The translations under genes were made by a program, and so were the position numbers. From positions 42,318 through 106,317 of the forward strand of contig DATNMK010000084.1 of the NCBI GenBank assembly GCA_035602335.1: a stretch of DNA of 64,000 nucleotides, in the 5' to 3' direction. Position 1 is the first letter of the stretch. Each line of letters starts with the position of its first letter. This stretch comes from Burkholderiales bacterium. Lineage in GTDB: Bacteria > Pseudomonadota > Gammaproteobacteria > Burkholderiales > SG8-39. A model generated the notes under the pieces. It saw only the letters and a list, made by a program, of their open reading frames with translations. It did no database searches and had not been told where the DNA came from. This document shows, one piece after another, positions 57,068 through 64,000 of the stretch.

Positions 57068-59088
57068 TCCGTTTCCCGCTGCTGGCAACCCTGCCGTACG
57101 CAGCGACGATCTTCCTCTCGTCATTTCTCCTGTTCCTGGTCCAGCCGATCATTGCCAAGCAGATCCTGCCGTGGTTCGGCGGCTCGGCGGCGGTGTGGAC
57201 CACCTGCCTGGTGTTCTTCCAGAGCGTGCTACTCGCGGGCTATGCGTATGCCGACCTGACCCATCGCCTCGGCGCGCGGCGCCAGGCGCTGCTCCACGTC
57301 GCTCTGCTCGCGCTGTCGCTCGTCTTCCTGCCGATCCTGGCCTCGAGCGACTGGAAGCCGCAGGGAGACGAGCAGCCGATCGCGCGCATCCTGCTGCTTC
57401 TGCTGGCCACCATCGGCCTGCCCTACTTCCTGCTGTCGACGACGACGCCGCTGCTTCAGGCTTGGTACTGGCGCCGCTTCCGGAGCCGCGTGCCGTACCG
57501 GCTGTTCGCGCTTTCCAACCTGGCTTCGCTGCTGGCGCTGATCGGGTTTCCGCTCGCGTTCGAGCCGGCGCTGGATCTCAAGCAGCTGGGCTGGATGTGG
57601 TCGTTCCTGTTCGCCGGTTTCGTCGTCCTCTGCGTGCTCACCGCGCGCTTGTCGATGAACGGCTTTGGGACCGACGAAATCCCGGCCGCGGCACGCGCCG
57701 CGCCGCTTTCCATGGCGACGCAGCTGCAATGGCTCGCGCTTGCAGCGATGGGCTCGGTGATGCTGCTCGCGGTCACCAATCACATCACGCAGAACGTGGC
57801 CAGCGTGCCATTCCTCTGGGTGCTGCCGCTTGCGCTGTATCTGGTCAGCTTCATCCTCGCGTTCGATCACCCGCGCTGGTACGTGCGGCCGCTGTTCATC
57901 GTGGCGCTGGTGGCGCTGCTGCCGGCGATGGCGTACTACGTGCCTTCGCTCAATCTCCACGTCGCGGTGCCGCTTTACCTGGTCGGCCTGTTCGTCTCCT
58001 GCATGTTCTGCCACGGCGAGCTGGCGCGGCTCAAGCCCGACCCGCTGCGTCTCACGCGCTATTACCTGATGATTTCGCTAGGCGGCGCGATCGGCGCCGT
58101 GCTGGTCGCGATCCTCGCGCCGCTGGCGCTGCCCGGCTATTTCGAGCTCGGCATCGCATTGGTTCTTCTTGCTCTTCTCCTCGTTCTGAGATTACGCCGA
58201 ATTTTCATGTGGGGTGGTGTCGCAGTCGCCCTTGTCACTGCTTTGCTCGTTATGCGAGGCGCTCACGACTACAGCGAAGGCGTGCGGGTGATGGAGCGCG
58301 ACTTCTACGGCGTGGTGCGCACCGTGGACCACCAAAGCCCGCTGCCTTACCGCTCGATGTACCACGGGCCGATCATGCACGGCGGCCAGCTGCTCGGCGA
58401 TTCGTTCCGCAACACGCCCGCCGACTACTTCGGTCCGACCTCGGGCTATGGGCGCGTGTTCCAGTCGCTGCGCGAGATGAGGCGAAAGCAGCCGCTCTCG
58501 GTCGGCATCATCGGCCTCGGCGCCGGCGTGGTGGCGGCCTGGATGCAGCCCGGCGACGCGCTGGTCTTCTACGAGATCAGCCCGCGGGTCGTCGACATCG
58601 CGCGGCGCGAATTCACCTTCCTCGCCGACACCGCCGCACGCACCGAGCTCGTCATGGGCGACGGGCGCCTGTCGCTCGAGCGCGAGCCGCCGCGCGGCTA
58701 CGACGTGCTGGGCGTCGATGCCTTTTCGGGCGACTCGATCCCGATGCATCTGGTGACGCGCGAGGCGATGGCACTCTACGTCAAGCACATCAAGCCCAAC
58801 GGCGTGATCGTGTTCCAGGCCACCAACCGCTTCATCAACCTGCTGCCGGTGGTGCGGCGCCTCGCCGGTGAATTCGGCTTCGAAGCGCTCAACGTTGCCG
58901 ACATTCCCGACGCCGAGGAAGGACCGGAGTACTGGTATTCCTCCACCGACCAGATCATCGTCACGCGCGACAAGGCGCTGCTCGCCTGGCCGCGCATCGC
59001 CGAGGCGGCCGAGGCGATCGAGGACCGGCGCGACCTGCCGACCTTCACCGATTCGCATTACAACCTGCTACGCATCTTGAAGTAGCTC

Positions 59089-59163
59089 GAAAATCGGGGT
59101 CAGAGCCCGATTTCCGGCACCTCCGCTCCCGCTATGGGAAATCGGGCTCTGACCCCGATTTTC
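59089..59163. repeat. REP-like perfect 27-bp inverted repeat (hairpin, 21-nt loop) between convergent genes; likely bidirectional terminator
   Basis: GAAAATCGGGGTCAGAGCCCGATTTCC (59089-59115) and its exact reverse complement at 59137-59163. Confidence 0.8.
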
Positions 59164-61944
59164 TCAGCTGAGGTCGGGCTCGCCGCAGTGCTTGAGAATC
59201 TGTTTGCGTACCTGATCGCGTAGGCGCACGGCGGCGTTCCAATCGCTGCCTTCCGGCGCCACGGGCGCGCCCACCGTCACGGACATCGGCGCGCGGCGCG
59301 GATACCAGGTGCCGTCACGCAACACCGAGCGCACGCCGCGCAAGGCGATCGGCACCACCGCGATCCCGGCCTGCGCGGCGCTGAGGAAGGCGCCGGCGCG
59401 AAACGGCATCAGGCCGGTTTGGCGGACCAGCGTGCCCTCCGGGAACACGATCAGCGATACGCCGCGCTTCGCCGCCTGCGCCAGCTCGTCGGCGTCCTCG
59501 GCGCTTTTCTGCACGTCGAAGCGCTCGACGAACTGCGCTCCCAGTCCGGTGACGAAGACGCGCGTGATGAAGCTCTCGCGCAGCTCGCTTTTGGCGACGA
59601 AGGCGTTGTTGCGCCAGGGCAGGATCGCCAGCAGCACGGCGCCGTCGAGATAGCTGGTGTGGTTCGAGGCAAACACCAGCGGGCCCGACGCCGGGAGATT
59701 TTCCAGGCCGCGCACCGCCAGCGGTATGCGGCAAAGCCGGAAGAACAGCCGCGCGCAGCGCTGCGCCAGGTTCCAGGTCCGCCTGCCCGGTGAAATCGCG
59801 CCGGCGACGAAAATCGCCAGGAACCCCAAGCCGAAGAGCAGCCAGGCATAGGCGGCGAAAGCGATGCCGCGCGCGACCCGCCAGCCGCGGCGCAGCTGCG
59901 GCAGCACGCCGCCGACCGTGAGGCGCACGAACTGCCACCATACCGCCTGCGATTTCACCGCCGAGGGTCCGCGTTCGTAGTAATCGCGCGCGGCGAGGCG
60001 GCGGATCTTGCCGCTCGAAGTCTTGGGCACCGTATGCGGCGGCGCGAATATGATGTCGTCGACCGGCGCGCCGATCAGGCTGACGGCAAGCTCGTTGATC
60101 TTGCGCTTGACCTCGGTGTGGCGCGAAGGGTCGGCCTCGCGCGTCTCGGCGAGCACCACGACGCGTTCGGTCCCGCTTGCCGCGTCCATGCTGCCGAACA
60201 CTGCTACGCAGCCGCGCCGGATGCCGGCGAGGTCGCCGACCGCTTCCTCGAGCTCGTAGGGGCTGATGTTGCGTCCGCCGCGGATAATGACGTCCTTTTC
60301 CCTCCCGGTGATATAGAGGTTGCCTTCGGACAGGTAGGCGCGATCTCCGGTGTTCACCCATTCGCCGTCGAACAGTCCCTTCGTCGCCTCGGGGTTGCGG
60401 TAGTAGCCACTGGTCGCCGACGGGCCGCGGAACTGCAGGCGGCCTTCGCTGCGGTCGGGAAGCTCGAGACCGGCGGCGTCGACCACCCGCAGATCGTGGT
60501 CGGGAATCGAGGCTCCGCAGCTCACCAACTTGAGCGGCGAGGGGTCGTTGGGCCGCGCAGGAACCGCTTCGCCGGTGCGTGCCAGGCGGTCGCGGTTAAC
60601 GAGGTCCACCTGCCATGGCTCGCCCGGCGGCGTGAAGGCGAGACCGACGGAAGCCTCGGCGAGCCCGTACACCGGCGACATGACGTTCTTGCGCAAACCG
60701 TACTTGGCGAAGCGCTCCTCGAAGGCGGCAATGGTATCGGCGCTTACCGGCTCGGCGCCGTTGAACGCGAAGCGCCACGAGGCGAGCTCCAGGCCTTCCA
60801 GCTCCTGCTCCGGAATGCGGCGCAGGCACAGCTCGTAGGAGAAGTTCGGCCCGCCGGAAATGGTGCCGCGGTGGCGGTGAATGGCGCGCAGCCATTGGCT
60901 CGGCCGCGACAGGAACGCGAGCGGCGACATCAGCACTACCGGGAAGCCGAGATACATCGTTGCAAAGCAGCCGCCGATGAGGCCCATGTCGTGGTAGAGC
61001 GGCAGCCAGCTGACGAACACGTCCTCGGTGGTCGCGCGCGCCGCCTTTCCCATGGCGCGCACGTTGGCGAGGAGGTTGGTATGCGTGAGCACGACCCCTT
61101 TGGGATTGCCGGTGCTGCCCGAGGTGTACTGCAGAAAACCGACCTGGCCGCCCGCGCTGCGCACCGGCGTGAACCCGGCCGCGCTGCCCGAAAAATCGGC
61201 AGGCACCATCACTGCGCGCAGCGACTCGACCTGCGCGCGCAGCAGCCAGGCGAGCGCTTTCGCTTCCGGAATCGTCACCATGATCGAGGCGCCGGCGCTC
61301 TTCAGGACGCCGATGTGACGCGTCATATGGTCTTCGATCGTCGCCAGGCGCGCCGGCGGATACAGCGGCACCGGAATGCCGCCGGCGAGCAGCACGCCGT
61401 AGAAGCAGAACAGGTATTCGCGGCCGGTCGGCAGCATGATCGCGACCGTCTGCCCCGGCGTGACGCCGGCTTCGGCGAGGCGCGCGGCATAGAGCAGCGC
61501 GCCTTCCCACAGCGCGCGGTAGGTCAGGCTCTTCTCATCCCCTTCCTCGTAGAGATGGACCGTCAGCCGCTCGGGCTGGCGCTCGACGTGGTATTCGAGC
61601 GCCTCGGTGAGCGTCTTTGCGGCATCGGGCGGGCGCACGCCTTCGGCCTGCACCAGACTTGCCACGCTGCGGTCGGCGGCCTGCGGTGCCTGGCCGGCGC
61701 TGGCGAGAAGAAAGCGCAGCAGATCGCGCGGTGTCTCGCTCGAGGCGAGCGCCTGCTCGGGCAGGCTGGCGGCGAATTCGTGCTCCAGGCGCAGCACGAC
61801 TTCGACGCGCGCCAGGCTGTCGAGTCCCAGCTCGCGCTCGAGCGAGCTGTCGAGCGCGACGTAGGTCTCGACGTGCGGACGGGCTTCGCGCGCGACTTCG
61901 GCGATGACGGCGAGCAGCCGGTTGGCGTCGATGGGCCGGCTCAT
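59164..61944 (-). CDS. Tri-domain fusion: N-terminal carrier protein (PP-binding) + fatty-acyl-AMP/ACP ligase + TM segments + PlsC-type lysophospholipid acyltransferase (Aas-like, inverted domain order)
   Basis: LGLDSLARVEVVLRLEHEF (Ser attachment site). LQYTSGSTGNPKGVVLTHTNLLAN (AMP-binding). Hydrophobic block ~aa 690-720. FASNHTSYLDGAVLL and VFPEGT (acyltransferase HX4D/EGT motifs). Confidence 0.8.
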   Translation of the reverse strand: MSRPIDANRLLAVIAEVAREARPHVETYVALDSSLERELGLDSLARVEVVLRLEHEFAASLPEQALASSETPRDLLRFLLASAGQAPQAADRSVASLVQAEGVRPPDAAKTLTEALEYHVERQPERLTVHLYEEGDEKSLTYRALWEGALLYAARLAEAGVTPGQTVAIMLPTGREYLFCFYGVLLAGGIPVPLYPPARLATIEDHMTRHIGVLKSAGASIMVTIPEAKALAWLLRAQVESLRAVMVPADFSGSAAGFTPVRSAGGQVGFLQYTSGSTGNPKGVVLTHTNLLANVRAMGKAARATTEDVFVSWLPLYHDMGLIGGCFATMYLGFPVVLMSPLAFLSRPSQWLRAIHRHRGTISGGPNFSYELCLRRIPEQELEGLELASWRFAFNGAEPVSADTIAAFEERFAKYGLRKNVMSPVYGLAEASVGLAFTPPGEPWQVDLVNRDRLARTGEAVPARPNDPSPLKLVSCGASIPDHDLRVVDAAGLELPDRSEGRLQFRGPSATSGYYRNPEATKGLFDGEWVNTGDRAYLSEGNLYITGREKDVIIRGGRNISPYELEEAVGDLAGIRRGCVAVFGSMDAASGTERVVVLAETREADPSRHTEVKRKINELAVSLIGAPVDDIIFAPPHTVPKTSSGKIRRLAARDYYERGPSAVKSQAVWWQFVRLTVGGVLPQLRRGWRVARGIAFAAYAWLLFGLGFLAIFVAGAISPGRRTWNLAQRCARLFFRLCRIPLAVRGLENLPASGPLVFASNHTSYLDGAVLLAILPWRNNAFVAKSELRESFITRVFVTGLGAQFVERFDVQKSAEDADELAQAAKRGVSLIVFPEGTLVRQTGLMPFRAGAFLSAAQAGIAVVPIALRGVRSVLRDGTWYPRRAPMSVTVGAPVAPEGSDWNAAVRLRDQVRKQILKHCGEPDLS

Positions 61945-61946
61945 GG

Positions 61947-62966
61947 GTGCGGGCGAGTGTACACTCGCCCGGCGTGCCTTTATTTCAAGACAAGCTTGTT
62001 TCGATCGCCCGTTCTGTGTCGTTCCCTAAGGGGGCGAGGCTGGTGCGCCAGGGCGAAGCCTCGCGCGGCGCCTTCCTGATCCGCGCGGGCGCGGTCGAGG
62101 CGCAGGTGGCGCTGCCCGGCGGCGGCATGCTGACCGTCGCCGAGTTGGGCGAGGGCGACATGTTCGGCGAGATGGCGCTGATCGAACGTGGCTCATGCTC
62201 CGCGTCGGTGGTTGCGCGCAGCGCTGTGGACACCTTGTTCGTCGCGCGCGACGATTTTCGGGCGTTGGTGGCGAGCCGCGACCCTGCTGCGCTCGAGCTG
62301 CAACGCGCGATCACGCGCGTGCTCGCGGGGAAGCTGCGCGCGCTGAACGATAAGGTGCTCGAGCATCCCGCCGAAGAAGACCGCCCGGCGCGTGCCATGC
62401 CGTCCGCGGGCGATCCGCTCGCCGGCATTGCGCGCGGCAAGGCGTCCTTTGACTGGAAGTCGTTCCTTCGGCTGCTGCCGTTCTTCGAGCGCTTCGACGC
62501 CTACGAATTGGAAGGCCTACTTTCAATCTCAAACGTGCTTGAGATGCCGCGGGGCGACTGGCTTTTCGCCGCCGGGTCTCGCGCCGACGCATGCTTTCTC
62601 GTGCTTCGCGGTGCCGTCGAGGTCATTTCGAAATTCCGCGATTTGGAAAGGCGTATGGCGCTGGCCGGGCCGGGCGAGCTGGTCGGCTACCTCGCGGTCC
62701 TCGATGGGTCGGCGCATGCTGCAAACGCGCGAGTGCGCGAAAGCGCTTGCCTGCTCGAATTCCCCGGGAAGAAGTTTCTGGGCTTCTATGAATCCAGCAG
62801 CAGCCTGCAGCACGCGATCCATCAGAGCTTGCTGCGATCACTGGCGCGGACCAACACGCAGCTTACCCGGCTCATCAGCCATGCGCGCCTCACGTCCTCG
62901 ACCCGCGAAGCGCTCGAGCTGGAGAAGGCGCTGCATGGGCAGGTCGTAAATGTGAAAAATCAGTGA
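61947..62966 (+). CDS. Protein with two tandem cyclic-nucleotide-binding (CAP-effector-like) domains, no obvious output domain
   Basis: FPKGARLVRQGEASRGAFLIRAGAVE...GDMFGEMALI and MPRGDWLFAAGSRADACFLVLRGAVEV...GELVGYLAVL. The true start is more likely GTG 61974 than 61947. Confidence 0.7.
   Translation: MRASVHSPGVPLFQDKLVSIARSVSFPKGARLVRQGEASRGAFLIRAGAVEAQVALPGGGMLTVAELGEGDMFGEMALIERGSCSASVVARSAVDTLFVARDDFRALVASRDPAALELQRAITRVLAGKLRALNDKVLEHPAEEDRPARAMPSAGDPLAGIARGKASFDWKSFLRLLPFFERFDAYELEGLLSISNVLEMPRGDWLFAAGSRADACFLVLRGAVEVISKFRDLERRMALAGPGELVGYLAVLDGSAHAANARVRESACLLEFPGKKFLGFYESSSSLQHAIHQSLLRSLARTNTQLTRLISHARLTSSTREALELEKALHGQVVNVKNQ
61951..61970. promoter_or_regulatory. Perfect 20-bp palindrome GGGCGAGTGTACACTCGCCC in the divergent control region
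   Basis: Verified self-complementary by hand. Lies 7 nt upstream of the Aas-like ATG (61944) and inside or just before the cNMP-binding gene. Confidence 0.5.
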
Positions 62967-62969
62967 AGG

Positions 62970-64000
62970 ATGCGCCCCTTGGGGCGGGCGAGCTTGATCA
63001 CGGCGGCCGCGCGCGTGACCATCGGCCGCATGCAGCTTGGCATCACGCTCAAACTCTTTCTCGCCATCCTGGCGGCGAGTGTGGCGGCGGCGGCCGCCAT
63101 GGCGCTCGCCACGCGCCTGAGCTTTGAAAGCGGGTTTCTCGGCTATCTGAACCAGGTGGAAGCGCAGCGCCTCGATGCGCTGTCGGCTGCGCTGGGCGAG
63201 GATTACCGACGAAGCGGTAGCTGGGATTTCGTTCGCGGCGACTACCCGAAGCTCCGCGAAATCGCGGCCGCTTCCGCACAGCTGACGCAGCGCCTCACGC
63301 TGCTCGACGCCTCGCGTGGCCTGGTCGTCGGAAATCCCGATTTGCCCGACGATACAGCGGTGCGGCCAGTGATAGTGGACCATCGCACGGTCGGCTGGAT
63401 CGCCCGCGCGCCCGGTCGCCGGCTGAGCAGCGCCGCCGACCTGAGTTTTCAGCAGGAGCAGCTGCGCGCGGGATGGATCATCGCCGGACTTGCGCTGGCG
63501 CTCGCGGCATTCGTGGCGATCGTGCTCGCCCGCGTGTTCCTTCTGCCGCTCAGGCGGCTAGCCGCCGCGACCCATCGCCTGTCCGCGGGAGCGTACGACA
63601 CGCGCGTGCCGGTGCGCTCACGCGACGAGCTGGGACGGCTGGCGGAGGACTTCAACCGCCTGGCGCAGGCGCTCGAGCGCAACGAGCAGCTGCGCCGGCG
63701 CTTCATGGCGGACGTGTCGCACGAGCTGCGCACGCCGCTCGCCATCGTCAAGGGCGAGCTGGAGGCGATCGAGGACGGCGTGCGGCCGCTGTCGCGCGAA
63801 TCGCTCGCCTCGCTCAACCACGAAGTCGCGGCGCTGGGCAAGCTGGTGGATGATCTCTACCAGCTGGCGCTCGCGGACATTGGTGCGCTCGCCTACCGCA
63901 AAGAAGCGCTCGACCTCGGAGCGCTCTTGCAGGACGCGGTGGAATCGTTCGGCGAGCGCTTCAAGCAGCGCCAGCTCACCGTGGAGATGCAACCTGCTCC
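62970..64000 (+). CDS. BaeS-like sensor histidine kinase (TM-periplasmic-TM-HAMP-HisKA), 3' end beyond the right edge
   Basis: Own translation: ...MQLGITLKLFLAILAASVAAAAAMALATRLSFESGFLGYLNQVEAQRLDALSAALGEDY...LPLRRLAAATHRLSAGAYDTRV...FMADVSHELRTPLAIV. Resembles the E. coli BaeS N-terminus. Start is 62970 or 63030. Confidence 0.8.
   Translation, partial: MRPLGRASLITAAARVTIGRMQLGITLKLFLAILAASVAAAAAMALATRLSFESGFLGYLNQVEAQRLDALSAALGEDYRRSGSWDFVRGDYPKLREIAAASAQLTQRLTLLDASRGLVVGNPDLPDDTAVRPVIVDHRTVGWIARAPGRRLSSAADLSFQQEQLRAGWIIAGLALALAAFVAIVLARVFLLPLRRLAAATHRLSAGAYDTRVPVRSRDELGRLAEDFNRLAQALERNEQLRRRFMADVSHELRTPLAIVKGELEAIEDGVRPLSRESLASLNHEVAALGKLVDDLYQLALADIGALAYRKEALDLGALLQDAVESFGERFKQRQLTVEMQPA

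Overview
High-GC (about 65-70%) chromosomal segment with Betaproteobacteria-like gene order; order-level assignment is not possible from sequence alone. Most of the window is densely packed core metabolism and envelope genes. These include argD, rpsT, murJ, a TRAP transporter, ribF-ileS-lspA-ispH, coaX-birA, waaF-ilvE-glnE, yhdP-nit-tldD, glpK and sucCD, with many ATGA/GTGA 4-nt gene overlaps. There are two accessory regions.

(1) A type IV pilus minor-pilin operon, pilE-fimT-pilV-pilW-pilX-pilY1 (15.2-23.8 kb), includes a 1740-aa PilY1.

(2) Immediately beside it, a tRNA-Thr(CGU) gene is split through its anticodon loop by a 4,861-bp lower-GC island (24006-28866) flanked by an 11-bp direct repeat. 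The island carries its own complete tRNA-Thr(CGU) and no recognisable recombinase. It encodes a co-directional gene set:
- an XRE-HTH/ImmA-IrrE protease, translationally coupled to a DUF4411 PIN-like protein;
- an EF-hand mini membrane protein;
- an anchored periplasmic protein;
- a Zn-ribbon protein with a TIR/NDT-like C-terminal domain.

A divergent small Zn-ribbon gene in the island sits directly under a near-consensus LexA SOS box. I consider this island the best candidate for an undescribed, DNA-damage-wired defence or addiction system.

Other points of note:
- an ACP-FAAL-PlsC fusion next to a perfect 20-bp palindrome;
- a REP-like 27-bp inverted repeat;
- a UbiD/CoA-transferase-like catabolic cluster with a probable CTG start;
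- a hydrolase-only RSH inserted between lspA and ispH.

No rRNA, CRISPR array, IS element or transposase was seen. All domain calls come from reading motifs in the translations; no searches were run.
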